64,000 nt of DNA from Octopus sinensis (GCF_006345805.1 NC_043003.1:44020001-44084000); one strand, 5' to 3'; shown: positions 42,036 to 55,857, counted from the first letter of the stretch. The notes: a model not told the origin generated them from the letters alone. Made by a program: numbers and translations.

Positions 42036-43457
42036 ACACACACACACTCACATATATATATACATAAATATAAATATATATATATATATATACGACGGGC
42101 TTCTTTCAGATTCCGTCTAAGAAATCCACTCACAAGGCTTTGGTCGGCCCGCGGCTATAGTAGAAGACACTTGCTCAATGTGCCAGGCAGTGGGACTGAG
42201 CCATGTGGTTGTCGTTTCATGTGTGCGTTTGCAAGCTGAATGAAGTATCTAGCGTTCATTAGACACTTTTTTATGAACGCCAGCTTCCTAATCATCTTAC
42301 TCTCTACCAGCATCTACTGTTCTCTTTTTCTTTCTAGTTTTTTGTTTCTTTCTCTTTTATTTCCTTTTCTTCTTTTACTTCTTTCCCCCACCACTTTTAT
42401 TCTCTGATTTTCTTTTCGTTTTCTTTCTCTCACCAGTATCAACTAAATTGTATAAGCATACACTAGAATATATATGTGCGTGCGTGTGTGTGCATACATA
42501 TATATACATTTGTATATATTTATTTTTTGCCTATATTTGTCTGTATATGTATATAGGCATGTACCAACGCCTGTATGTTTAGTGTATATGTGTATATACA
42601 TATTGTTTGGCATGTGTATGTATTACTAAATATATATGTATTTTAGTGTAAACGTTTTTTAAACGGATATCTCTTTTAATTTATTTAAATTTAATTTTAT
42701 AATTTTTTTACCACTAATTATTTACCATGAGTATTCAGGTCTTTTCCCTTCTACATAAGCTATGTTTGATTTAAGGTTTTCCGCAATTTCTATAATAAAC
42801 CGTAATGGTAGTTTAATGCAGCCGGTTATTGAACAGGGTGTTAGATGAAAAGTTCAATGGAACAAAATCATTTTCAAACGTGTGTCTATCAAAGCAATTG
42901 TATATTTATGCATATATCCTAATTTTGTATATTTGAAACAAAAGTGTTCGACGAACGGGAACGTAAAACTCCGAGTAACAATTCTTGTGATATTTTTTGC
43001 TGCTTTTTAATAAAACATATTACTCTACCTCCGGTACTCGAGTACAATTTTTTCTACCTTATTTTGCATTTATGTGCTTACTCTGGTAATCGTTGGCGAT
43101 ATTCTTCCTCCGTCTTCCTTTCTATTGTACCTTTCTCTCTTTCTGAAGCGCTGCGTTGCTCGAAACTTTAAACCATCGTTCTTTCCTTCCCTGAGTGTCT
43201 GCTAATACATTAAATGCGCCACCTCCTCACGATGCTAGGTTTTTTTTTAGTTTGTCCTTCTTGTTTTGTATTTACTATATATATATATATAGATAGATAA
43301 AAGAAAAAAATCTATCAGAAAGGAACTCTATCTCTCTTTAAAAAATATCTTTTGATAAGCATAACAAATGCGCAACCGGTAAAATGAACTTTCACCTAAT
43401 TAAATACATTCTCCCTTACTTAAATTAATTTTGTCAGCATTTTCCTCATTTCCTTTT

Positions 43458-43499
<42 letters not shown>

Positions 43500-43516
<17 letters not shown>

Positions 43517-43528
43517 GAGAGAGAGAGC

Positions 43529-43560
<32 letters not shown>

Positions 43561-43994
43561 TGAGAGAGAGACAGAGACACAGAGAGACAGTGATAGGGAT
43601 ACATACATACATATATATCTGAAAAGACCTGTAGACGTACCACACGAGTAAGTAGATATTAAAGAAAAGCAAGAATTAAAATGCTACTTTCTTAAAATTA
43701 GGTGCGTTTTAATTTACGTTTCGTTTTTTTTTAAATCTTTTCAAAATAAGTATAAAATATGTGTAAAGAGAAGAGAGCTATTAAAAAAAAATAAGTTTGA
43801 ATTGAATTAAGAATAACATTCATAATTTACTGTCCTTTCTTCTTGCATGAACACGCGGTCCTTTCGTTCTGGAGGCATGGCAAGTTCAACTGACTGCGAA
43901 AGCAAATAACTAATATCTGTTTGTATAAATTAAATAGTGTGATCAAAACTTGTTTTGTAGGAATGGCTGTAGCCGTTGAATAACTAGCAGTAGT

Positions 43995-44033
<39 letters not shown>

Positions 44034-44223
44034 TACCCCAGTGTCACTTTGATGGCATGCTCTGCTCGCTCACTCAATAATAATAATAATAGTAGTAGTA
44101 GTAGTAGTAGTAGTAGTTGTTGTTGTAGTAGTAGTTGTGGTGAGTTGTTCCCACTGGGTTTTTTAATAGAAATCGGGTTCTTGGAACACTTGTATATATT
44201 TCTTATGAATAATTTGCAAATTC

Positions 44224-44294
<71 letters not shown>

Positions 44295-45000
44295 CGAGAG
44301 AGAGAGAGAGAGAGAGATAGAGAGAGAGTGAGAGAGAGACAGAGACACAGAGAGACAGTGATAGGGATACATACATACATATATATCTGAAAAGACCTGT
44401 AGACGTACCACACGAGTAAGTAGATATTAAAGAAAAGCAAGAATTAAAATGCTACTTTCTTAAAATTAGGTGCGTTTTAATTTACGTTTCGTTTTTTTAA
44501 ATCTTTTCAAAATAAGTATAAAATATGTGTAAAGAGAAGAGAGCTATTAAAAAAAAATAAGTTTGAATTGAATTAAGAATAACATTCATAATTACTGTCC
44601 TTTCTTCTTGCATGAACACGGGTCCTTTCGTTCTGGAGGCATGGCAAGTTCAACTGACTGCGAAAGCAAATAACTAATATCTGTTTGTATAAATTAATAG
44701 TGTGATCAAAATTGTTTTGTAGGAATGGCTGTAGCCGTTGAATAACTAGCAGTAGTATAGTAATAATAATATAATAATAATAATAATAATAATATACCCC
44801 AGTGTCACTTTGATGGCATGCTCTGCTCGCTCACTCAATAATAATAATAATAGTAGTAGTAGTAGTAGTAGTAGTAGTTGTTGTTGTAGTAGTAGTTGTG
44901 GTGAGTTGTTCCCACTGGGTTTTTTAATAGAAATCGGGTTCTTGGAACACTTGTATATATTTCTTATGAATAATTTGCAAATTCATATATATATATATAT

Positions 45001-45061
<61 letters not shown>

Positions 45062-45075
45062 AGAGAGAGAGAGAG
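43500..45075. repeat. Tandem duplication of a roughly 765-bp unit bounded by (TA)n(GA)n
   Basis: 43570 vs 44339 and 44051 vs 44812 are the same sequence. Differences are almost all single-base deletions in copy 2. Confidence 0.95.
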
Positions 45076-45086
45076 TGTCAGTGTTG

Positions 45087-46251
45087 CTAGTTTAGAGAAT
45101 TTAGAATCGGCCAGTATATTCTTATGAAGTGCATTTCCTTGCTAATGAGTTCATTTTGGATAGCATTGTGTTTGAATTTGCATAGTGTCATTGTGAATTC
45201 GGGAAATTTGTTGGAAGCACATTTATCGATGTGCTGGCTGAGAGGTATTTTCCTCTTTTCTGGAATCCTAATTTGAGATTTGTGCACCGCCATCCTCTGA
45301 CGTAGGCTGTTTTTTGTGTGTCCAATATATGCCGTTTACATCCCGAGCATGTAATTAAGTAAATCAAGTTCTCCGATGCATATGTCAAATTGGTTTTTAT
45401 GGTGAAATTATGGCCTTGTTCTAATCGGTGTTCCGATCCATCTATTATGTTGATACAAATTCCACACTTGGGACACCCGTATTTTTTTTTTACTGTTGGC
45501 TTAGTGGTTATCGTTGAGTGTAATTTGGCCTGGGTTAATTCTTTTTCATTGATTTTGGTTACTTCTTACTTTTGATGAATGTATGTGTTCCAAGGATTTG
45601 GATCATTTTTGGGTCTCTCTTTAGTAGAGCTCTTCTGCGGAGTATAGTGTTGGAGGCCTCATTGGTATGTGGGTTATGTGTTGAGATACATGGCAGGGTT
45701 TCCAATTTTTCTTCCTTCTTTGTTCTTGGTTGTCTAAGTTCTTGTGTATTTAATTTAAGTACTCGTTGGATCGTATTCCCGATTAAGGGTTGTAGGTAAC
45801 CCCTATTGATGAGTGTCGTTTTCAGTTCCTGGAATCGTGTGTAACAGGTGTTTGCGTCTGATACAATTATTGCATATTCTTTTCACTAAGCAAAATGGGA
45901 TATTAATCCTGGCGTGTCTTGAGTAGCAAGAATCAAATGGCAGGTACAGATTCGAGTCAGTGGGTTTATAATAGATTCCTGTCTCTATTTTGCTCTCGAC
46001 TTTCTTTATAAGGATATCTAAAAACTGTAGTTGTTCCTGGTTGCACTCTATCGTAAATTGGAGGGTTTCATTTACTCCGTTTAGAAGTGTTTAGAATTCG
46101 TTGTGTTTTTCTACAATTTTCCAGTTGTTTAGTATGTAGGTGGAAAAGGAGTTTCCATATTTCTCGAGTGTTCTCTGGTATAGTTTAATCTCGAGTTAGC
46201 CCATTACCAGATTCGCAGAAGAAGGTGCAGACCGTGTTCTCATTGCTGTCC
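45087..46251 (-). mobile_element. Penelope-like element relic (RT C-terminal half + GIY-YIG endonuclease)
   Basis: GTAMRTRSAPSSANLVMG, LQFTIECNQEQLQFLDILI, IYYKPTDSNLYLPFDSC, linker CPKCGIC, then ENLIYLITCSGCKRH(Y)IG.TENSLRQRMAVHKSQIR. Confidence 0.88.
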
Positions 46252-46472
46252 TTCGAGAAATAAGGAAACTCCTTTTCCACATACATACAAAACAACTGTA
46301 AATGTTATTTCGATGACTGCTTCATCCTCTGGAATGAAAGTTCTGATCGGAGTTCAAATTCCGCCGAGGTCGACTTTACCTTCATCCTTTCAGAGCCGAT
46401 ATATTAAAGACGTTGCCCATGTAATCGACTTTATCCCTCGCCAGTCTATCGTAGAAATGATGGTGATTATTG

Positions 46473-46512
<40 letters not shown>

Positions 46513-47708
46513 CTTTATCATTAGTAGTATTAGTAGTAGTAGTAGTAGTATTAGTAGTAGTAGTAGTAGCAACAACAGAACTACTACTAGTAATATTCTT
46601 ATCATCATCTTGGTTTGGCGTTGTTGCTCGTTATGTTCTCGTTTCTAATTAAGTGAATTGTTCCTGGTACGAGTTTCACACTTATGTATGATAATATTTT
46701 ATCATGTGTAATTGATTTTGAATAGTGAAGTACCGAAAGACACAAATACGGCTTGTTTGGTTCCACTGGAAACAATTTAAACATTTTTCAATGAGTTGTT
46801 TATTCCTCTTACGGTGATGGTTTACAATTTTAGTACAGGAAACGTGTTAAAACACTCAAGATATTTTTGAATTATAAATCAATAATTAACTGTTAGTGAC
46901 TCGTACGTTATATGGGATTTGATGTGCCAGTAGCCTCCTTAATATATATGTTTACGTGTACTTCGTAGAAGAATACCATTTGTAATGGGTCTCAATAATT
47001 TAGCAAGAATATTGCAGTACGAACTTCTGAGCGACAATACAAGAGAAATAGGTTCAGGAGATAGGCTGGTACTAAAACAATTTATCGATATCTCGTTATA
47101 GATTCCAGTAATTATTAAGTGGTTCACATTTGTTTATTACACTTTGTCTGGCTGAACAAGGAATTGTATGAATTGATTCTATTAGATTAGACAATTGGAG
47201 AGAAAATATTAATCAGAATCGAAACAATGATGATATAGAAAAATAGATATTGGGCCAGTAATTATTCGTTTTCCATAGACATAAAAATTTACTATGTAGG
47301 GGAAATTAAACGGAAAAATAGCGACTATATGATTCTGTCGTTAATTTCATTTCCGTTCTAAAGTTGTCCTAAACTATTATTCAAACCAACAACTAACATG
47401 ACGTTCATAAATGCAAATCCATTCAGCGACTCAACAATGACAATAAAATAACGTATTATCATTTTTTAAAGGTCAAATAAGTTTTGGGGCGTTTGTTTTG
47501 CAAAACCGACGGTGCAATGTTGCAATGTGGAGAAGAAGGTTCAATATAAAGTTAGGCTTTATGTCTGGTAGCAAACAATCATGAATGTATTATACAACTT
47601 TCAATGGAATTGAGCCCCTTTCTTTTCTGTTCATGTTGCAACATTTCCTCACATATTTACCACGTCCCCTTCATCTATATGTGTGCGTATGTGTATGTGA
47701 GTGTGTGC

Positions 47709-47752
<44 letters not shown>

Positions 47753-47916
47753 AGATCGGTAGCCACTACATACATTTTTTCTCTCCTTGTTTCTTTCCGT
47801 GGTAGAGCACAGGCTCGAAATGTAAAAAAACGCTTTCAATTCCCGAACGTTATAATAATACATATGTTTGTTTTCTACACCAACATCTGTCTTCCTCTTG
47901 TTTTCCTCGTGAATTT

Positions 47917-48005
<89 letters not shown>

Positions 48006-49119
48006 ATTGTAATTACATATCCACTAATGTGCTCTAATAAAATGAGATTCGATTTCAGTCGATATCCTCTTATGTTTACCGATATCCTCGGTAAACTTAG
48101 TCTTGATATTGTCTTATTCTGGTTAGGAATATACGAGATTTTACACCTGGTTCATCAGCCTTACCTAGACCTTACTGAAAGACAGTAGCATGTTTTTTTT
48201 TTTTATTACACTGAATGTACCAGTGTATACATGAAGCTTATGCATAGTAGCAAAAGTCTACTAAACACTAATGAAGCAAAAATAATTACTTCGTGAAAAC
48301 ACAATGCTTCCAGGACTTTGAAATAATAAAAAAAATCAAATTTCCATTCGTACTATAACCAGATATTTTTTAATACATACAAATATTTTACAACTCAAAA
48401 TGTTTCGTTTCACATCGAAGTTTCTGTCCTCTGCGGGTTGTATTCAACCCCGGAACATAGTCAGAATGTCTCGGCTGTGGTTTCTGGCTGTCTTCAGTTT
48501 TCAAAAGAACTTTCACAAGACCCAGAATTTCGTCGATTGTCTAACGACTTCCAACTGTTTGTAATATGGTTTGTTTCCAAGATTATTATGGTTTACACCT
48601 ACTGCGTAATTGGCATGTATTGAATTTTATTTCATTTGGCTTTGAACGGAATGCCGACAGTTGTATTCTGTCATTTGCGTGTTAAGTGTAATTATTTTAT
48701 CACTACATGATTATCCTAAGCAATCCATTCCTTTCAAAACAGGATATTATATTCTTTCACACATAACACTGCATGTGCTTCAAGTAGTTTCTCTTCACAT
48801 ATATTATGAAACTATTTTGAATGGAGTGTAATTCTCAGGTAGTTTATGGTATGGTTCAGAACCAATAATATTCACTGCTAAAGATATATGATATATGAAA
48901 ATATAGTTTTGTGGAAAGCATCTTACCTTGTTTGCTGACGTCAGCTATCTCATTTACCGAAGTAGATCAAAACTGATATCAGTTCATGTATAACCTATCG
49001 TTTCTATATACAAATATATATTATTGTTCTACATGTTTGTATCTATCTTTAAGTGTAAGAATTTGTACATGCATATATGCATTTATGCACTCCTGTATCT
49101 ATATAAATAGGTATGTCTA

Positions 49120-49290
49120 TGTGTATAGGGAAATACATGTGAGTAAGTAAATTTCAATATATATAGTATTCTGATAATTGAGCTTATGCACGACTGTATC
49201 TAAATAAGAATTTATGTTCATGTGTATACGGAAATACATGTGTGTAAGTGAATTTGAATGTATATCGCACTCTCATAATTGAGCTTATAA
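49120..49290. repeat. Diverged two-copy tandem repeat, period about 100 bp
   Basis: GTGTATA.GGAAATACATGTG.GTAAGT.AATTT..ATAATTGAGCTTAT occurs twice. Confidence 0.8.
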
Positions 49291-49932
49291 TAATATATCT
49301 ATATATGTAGACGGAACAATAACTCTTTCCCTCAATGTCGCAAACTATGAAGTATCCCCACCATATTAAGATTTTAGCACTACTACACGGCACAAAGAAT
49401 TTTCACACTTTCTGTTTCTCTATTTATCCTTGTCTCTGTTTGTCTGTCTGTTTCTGCTTGTCTGTCTTTCTCTGCCTAACCATGTGTCTCTCTAAGACAG
49501 GTAAGAGTGAGTGTGTGAGAGACAGAAATAGAAAGTATAAGGGAAATGAACAGAGACATTTGTAATCAAACTAGATAACCTTGTCTAATTTGCCTCTAGA
49601 ATCACGGGTCCAGTACAATATCACTTCTGTCTTTCCTTCTGCAGTTTTTAAGAAATCCATCCCCTATTTTCTTCTGATCAGTCTTACAATGTTTATCTTC
49701 ATTTTTGTGATACTTATAAAGAATAGATTGCGAGAAAGGGTTGATATGACCTCAGTGTCGAAACTGGTAGAAGAGTTCAGTTATTACAGATGCGGATAGA
49801 TATTGCCGTAATATTTTGTTATTTGTATTCATTTAACATTCAATAAGTGTATACGTGCTTCACATAAGAATTATTCCACGTTATCTCGAAAGTTTATAAA
49901 AGTCGGGATATCATAAAATTATACGTACATAC

Positions 49933-49973
<41 letters not shown>

Positions 49974-50039
49974 ATGTATATATGTATATATGCATATATA
50001 TACATACATATATATATACATATATATATATACATACAC

Positions 50040-50093
<54 letters not shown>

Positions 50094-50318
50094 ATATATA
50101 TTAATAATAAATATTAGGGAATAAATCCAAACTTACAGGGAAAAATCAGATTTAAGATTGAATCCAATTTTATAGTAAAATATTATATTATATTAAATTA
50201 GAGACAAAACCACTATTAGGAAAATCATACAATGAAAAACTTAAGTCAATACATAAGATTATTTAATTTATATTATTTAAATATATAACAAAATTATTAA
50301 AAAAAATATAATTAATAT

Positions 50319-50385
50319 AACACTACAATCGTTTCATGGCTGTTAACTTCTTAAAATTTTTGAGTTAGTCATTCATCAGGTGGTT
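50319..50385 (-). ncRNA. Hammerhead motif, mirror copy in the left arm of the foldback
   Basis: CAC-CUGAUGA-AUGACU..ACAGCCAU-GAAAC-GAUU-GUA-GUG. The palindrome is broken (GAUU) and stem II is shortened. Confidence 0.55.
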
Positions 50386-50437
50386 TAAATATTTATCTTG
50401 GCGAGGTTTAAACAATGATAAATATTTAAATATTTAA

Positions 50438-50505
50438 ACCACCTGATGAATGACTGTAACTCGAAAATTTAAAGAAATTAACAGCCATGAAACGATCGTA
50501 GTGTT
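50438..50505 (+). ncRNA. Type-I hammerhead ribozyme motif with an intact core
   Basis: CAC-CUGAUGA-AUGACUGU..ACAGCCAU-GAAAC-GAUC-GUA-GUG. All conserved core bases are present, stem II pairs 7/8, helix III carries the palindrome GAUC, and helix I is short (CAC/GUG). Confidence 0.7.
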
Positions 50506-50635
50506 ATATTAATTATATATTTAAAATAATTTTGTTATATATTTAAATAATATAAATTAAATAATCTTATGTATTGGCTTAAGTTTTTCATTGTATGATT
50601 TGCCTAATAGTGGTTTTGTCTCTAATTTAATATAA

Positions 50636-50713
<78 letters not shown>

Positions 50714-51009
50714 TATATATATTCCGAATTTGCGTAAATGTGTATAGAAATATATGTCACTTCAATAAAGTTACTTTGTCTGGTTATCTCATTTTTATTA
50801 TTGTAATAAAAAAGAATATTCCTTAGAATGTTGAAGTGTGATAAACGTTAAAGAAGATATTTTGCAATGTTCATAAAGTTCATTTAGCGCATTTAAACTT
50901 TCGTTGTAATCATCAGATTTCAAAATGTATTTAACTTACAGCTGAGCTCTTGACAACTGTAGTAGAATCACTGACATTTTCCGCTTTATACTTTTTAGAA
51001 GGCTACACA

Positions 51010-52300
51010 TGTGAAGGGAGAGAACCACGGAAATGAAATCTTCTGGACATCCAAACTGCACAAGGACGGCCCATATTGCAGGATGGGGGACTTATCAAAA
51101 GATCCCAGAAGATGAACATTGGAGGCTGTTGTTGTTCCTGACACTTTCCGATAGCGTCTCGAGGGGGGCCGAAAGCCGCACTTGGACCCAGGGAGGACGT
51201 CTTCCGCGAGGATGAGGAAGTGGTTGAGTAGGATTCGGACGAAGATCTTATATGAAATGGTCAGGAGTGAGATGCCCCAATAGTTGTTGCAATCTTCTCG
51301 GTCACCCTTCTCGTCGATGGTGATGATAGTTACATCACGGAAGTAGCTCCGGGAAGTTTTGTTTTTTCCTGTCTTGATATAAGGAGCATCAGATGATTTT
51401 TCTGCTCAGGATATCTGTGCGTGAAAAACTCAAAAGTATGTTGTCTGGTCCTGGAGCTTTCATTTGTTTCATGCGGACAAGTGCCTTGTTGAACTCATGG
51501 CATGAGGGCGACAGGGTCATCCAATAGCGGATGGGGAGCTGTTGGGTGTTTTGGAGGAGATCGTCAGGAGTGAGTGAAATGGGACTTTCAGCGATCGAGG
51601 ATTCCGTTGGTGTCAGTTACCGTACAGCCAGCTGCATTCTTCAGGCTGCCCACTGAGGACATTGTGCGGCCGAAGATCCCCTTGGGTGCAGCTGAAAAGC
51701 TGCGCAAGTTACGTTGGACTGTATAGTTTTGCATCTCCTCTGCTTTCTTCTTCCACCAGATGTTCTGAGTTTCTCGAATGCCTTGCTGGCATTCTGCTTA
51801 TGATTGCTGGTGTTTTCGTTTGTTCTCCGCAGTGACATGGTTCTCGAGTGCTAGGCGTATCCGGAGTTTGGCTTCGAGAGGACAGTTGATGATATCAGCA
51901 TTCTCGTTAAACCGTCTTGGTCCATCTTTCGGGCAAAGCCGATTGTCTCCTCTTCGGAAGCGGTCGTGACTTCAGGAAGGCTTGTTCAGTGATCTTCAGT
52001 AGAGGTTGGCTCTGGGATTTCCATCAGGTGTCTCTCAATGGATTATCTGAAGTCTTGGGATGTCTCTGAGATCCGGAGTTTGGCGCAGTCGAAGCGCCGG
52101 CAAGGGATGTTTGTTGAGATCCGCTTTCGGCGGTGGAACTTGATGTCAAGGCGAGAATTAAGAAGGCGGTGATCCGTCCAGAAGTCATCTGCAACAGGCA
52201 CGGAGCGGCTGATGCGTATATCTCACCTGTCCAGTGTTTAGTCCGTGGATGTTTCCAGGTCGTGGTTAGTTGCGTAGGAGCTGGCCATTGTGTGTGTGTG
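51010..52300 (-). mobile_element. RTE-clade (BovB-like) LINE internal fragment, decayed
   Basis: TWKHPRTKHW..WTDHRLL (APE end), KAPGPDNI, KGDREDCNNYWGISLL, EDVLPGSKCGFRP, KCQEQQQP, IWAVLVQFGCPEDFISVV.SLH. Confidence 0.9.
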
Positions 52301-52984
52301 GTGTGAAGAAAAAGCTGTAAAAAGAGCCGAAAATTGATTCAATTTCAACACAAAAAAATAACCAGCAACAACAAAATTGAAAAAAAAACTTTAGTGACAA
52401 TCTCCTACCCGGGTTCCGAAACCGCAACTCCAAATCACCATACAAACCAACTTCCTTTTGTTACTATTTTCATTTCTCCCTTGTTTTTTTTTCTTTTTTC
52501 AGTATGACTTTTTTCAGTATGACCACTCAAATTAATGAACGTTGTTCATTCAAAGAAATTGTTTTAATATTATTGACTGCTGTGAACATTCAAATTTACA
52601 ACTGTCCTTCTAATTCCTAATTCTAAATTTATCTGTTTTGAACATCTTAATTTATCAACTTTTAATTTGTCGACATTGAAATATTTTAGTTTGTCAACAT
52701 TGAAACATTTTAATTTGTCAATTTTGAAACTTTTAAAGATGATTTCCTAATTCATAACTTTTGGTATATATATAGATAAATGTTTTTTAAACAATAACGA
52801 ATTTTTTTTTTTTAATTTAGGTGCATTTTCAACAACACATTTGCCTATATATATATGTGTGTGTATGTGTGTGTATGTGTGTATGCGTACGTATATATAT
52901 ATATGTATACATATATAAATGTCACCGCGTGTGTAACGTTAGCAATTTTCTTTCTCCATCTTCCCTTCTTTAGACTGTTTCTAT

Positions 52985-53018
52985 ATTTCTGATGAAGTTC
53001 ACCGCTCGAAACGTGAAA
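52985..53018 (+). ncRNA. Decayed minimal hammerhead motif in a short repeat (family also at 4270-4460, 33775-33975, 43095-43260)
   Basis: UUU-CUGAUGA-A-GUUC(ACC)GCUC-GAAAC-GUG-AAA. Stem II is damaged and the triplet is GUG. Confidence 0.45.
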
Positions 53019-53265
53019 GTATCCTTCCTTTCTTTCCTTTCCTGGGCGTCAAATAACACTGTACTTATTCCATGTCTTCGTGTTGTTGTTTTCTCTTGCT
53101 TGCCCATGTTTGGAATGTATATATATATATATATATTATATATATATATATTTGTAATCACCCCACTTGTATGGTTAACACCATATAGATTTCCGGTGCA
53201 TCCTAGTTAAAGACCATATTCATGTGAATTCATTAGAATTCACTTGAATCTCAGTTACTTAAACC

Positions 53266-53348
<83 letters not shown>

Positions 53349-53351
<3 letters not shown>

Positions 53352-53739
53352 TAGCATTAAAGACCCGTAGTTGCCGGATCATAGTGCTAGTGCATGTATA
53401 TATGTGTATATATATGTGTACATATTACATGTACATCTATATATATATACATCTGCACATAAAATACAAAGTCATATCTTGATATGGCTAGTGATAACAA
53501 TACTCAAAATATATAACAGACTGGAATTGTTAGCCCGTCTCTTGTAATTTCAATCAATTGTATCTTGTCCTCCCTCTTGTATAGAAGTGTGGCTACAATC
53601 CGACGGCTGCAGGGAAATTCGTTTTTGGACCCTAAGTAAGGTATGTGTAAAATTTGAATGAAATTGGTTGTGTAGTTCTCAAGTTTTAGGGAAACACACA
53701 GACAGACACACAGTCTCAGTTTTATATATATATAAAGAT
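53349..53739 (+). mobile_element. Short internally deleted copy of the Helitron-like family
   Basis: Collinear with 7416-7715, 8106-8135 and 8935-9032. Confidence 0.6.
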
Positions 53740-53745
53740 ATATAT

Positions 53746-54070
53746 ATGCTGAGACCCCCTTCGTTCATGACTAACCATGGGATTGCACCTGACAAGTTAC
53801 TTTCCTAGACACAATTCCGAGCGATTTTGCTTATGGAAGACCGGCAGTCACCTATGGATACCGGCCTTCCCTCTTCCCGCCACCAGTGTTACACAAGGGA
53901 AAAAGAAGGCCGATACATCTTGGCATCTGAACGTCGGAATTCATTTTTACAGCTTAGTGTACTGGAACAACGGGAAATAAAGTCTCTTGCTGGAGAATAC
54001 AACACGCAGCTTGGTCGAGGATTCGAACACACAACCTCACGATCGTAATCTCGACGCTCTAACCACTGAG
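53746..54070 (-). mobile_element. tRNA-derived SINE
   Basis: Reverse complement head CTCAGTGGTTAGAGCGTCGAG..GTGTTCGAATCCTCG. Confidence 0.75.
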
Positions 54071-54074
54071 AATT

Positions 54075-55182
54075 CTATTTTTGAATCACTTTAGAATCTT
54101 CTTTTTTTTTCTAGTTAATGGAATGTTAAGTTACGAAAACTAGCATTTTCAACACCTTTTTTTTACCTTTTAATCAATGTTTTAAAACTGCAAAATCTGC
54201 TTGCGACATTTATATTGAGAGGGTTCCATAGCTGGAAGAAGCCCTCGTGATTGTTATGCAAAGTTCAAAAATGGAAATTTTGATCTCAAAGACGCACGTC
54301 GTCCAGTTAAGTTCGAACGGAGCGATTAAACCAACTTTTACACGAAATTTCCCGTCAGATGACAAGACAACTGGCAGAGAAAATGGAATTCTTCAACACT
54401 GCAATAGAGAAGCTTCTTGACTCGATGGGAAAGGTTCAGAAGTATGGGACATGAGTTCCGCAAGCTTAAGTGACAACGAAAATCAACGAGCCTCAATCTC
54501 CTCTGGTTTACTGGCTCCTCACTGCTCAACGTATGGACAAAAGTAACGATTTCTGAACCCAATCGTTACTGGCGACGAAAAATGGTTCCTCTACAAGAAT
54601 ATGAAGCAGCATAAGGAATGGCTTAGCGCCGGTAAACAAGTGACACCGCACGTGAAACAAGATCTTCATGCGCGTAAAACGTGGGATTGGGAAGGGATTA
54701 TCCATTACGAATTGCTTGAACGGAACGAAACGGTCAGAGCGGAACTTTATATTCAACAAATGGAACGACTCAACACGGCTATTCAAAAGAAAAGAGCTAA
54801 TCGTCAGCATGGGGTTCTTCTGCTGCACGAAACCGTCCACCCTCATATCGCCATTCAAACGCATGGCTGGGAAATGATGCTACACCCGCCGCACTCTACT
54901 GATTTGGTACCAACGGAATTCCACCTGTTTCGATCTCTTTCAAATGCTATGCGCGGAGTTTCGTTCAATACTGATGCAGAATTGAGAGCTTGGTTAGATC
55001 AATTTTTCGAATCGAAATCGGGTGATTTCTACCAATGAGCTTATTGAAAATCTTGTTGAACATTGGGAATAAGTACTATACAAAGGTGAATACATTATTG
55101 ATTAATTAGTTATTGTTTTTTATTAAACCTTTTGAAAATTTGAAATTTTAAAAAACGACGGGAACTTAGTTGCCAACTTAAT
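54075..55182 (+). mobile_element. mariner-family DNA transposon relic
   Basis: WVP.., IVTGDEKWFLYKN, WDWEGIIHYELL, LLLHETVHPH, HPPHSTDLVPTEFHLFRSL. A TIR-like 3' end ACGACGGGAACTTAGTTGCCAACTTAAT lies at about 55155-55182. No 5' TIR seen. Confidence 0.88.
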
Positions 55183-55857
55183 TTATATATATAGTAAATA
55201 CCTGAAGAATCAAAATTAATGATAAGACATACTATGTATGTGTACATAGTTATTGTCATTGATTTTTCGACGATTGAAATAAGAGTTTTGGCAGTTATTT
55301 CCTGCAGGTAGACATACTTAGTATGTTCTGTGATTTGTTCTAATCCATCGGCTGTTTAATGCTTTTTGGTCCTGTGATCGCCTATATTATGATTCACTTA
55401 GTGTCATTTTTAATTGTTACACTAGATTATAACACAGTCAATAATATCTTAGAAAATATTTTCTCCTGAATTATTAGCTCCGTAAAGAAATTATATATAT
55501 ATGACTTTGAAGGTTTACAGTGCGTGATTGGATTCGGTTTATAGCTAAGCGTGGAAACAGGATCCAAACCGCAGTTATTTCATCGATTTCTATTTTGAGA
55601 TTTCACGTTTATATATTTATTTGATTTTGAGAAACCTAAACTGCTATGGAAATGAGGATTCAAAAGAAGTGCCAAAAAAAACAAAATGTTACGTGGTATC
55701 CGTTGCATTTTACTTAATTTTTGTCCAGGAACTAATACTATTGGAAGAAATTACGCAGCAACTTTAAAATTAACTCACGAGAATCAACTTCATTACTAGC
55801 AAGACATAGGATTGCTTGCTAGTATAAATAAATAAAGAAATATATATATACATATAA

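Larger units (their letters stand above)
50185..50638. repeat. Long foldback inverted repeat (arms about 210 bp, spacer about 20 bp)
   Basis: 50185-50398 is the reverse complement of 50417-50638 with scattered differences. A truncated single copy of the family lies at 56600-56755. Confidence 0.95.
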
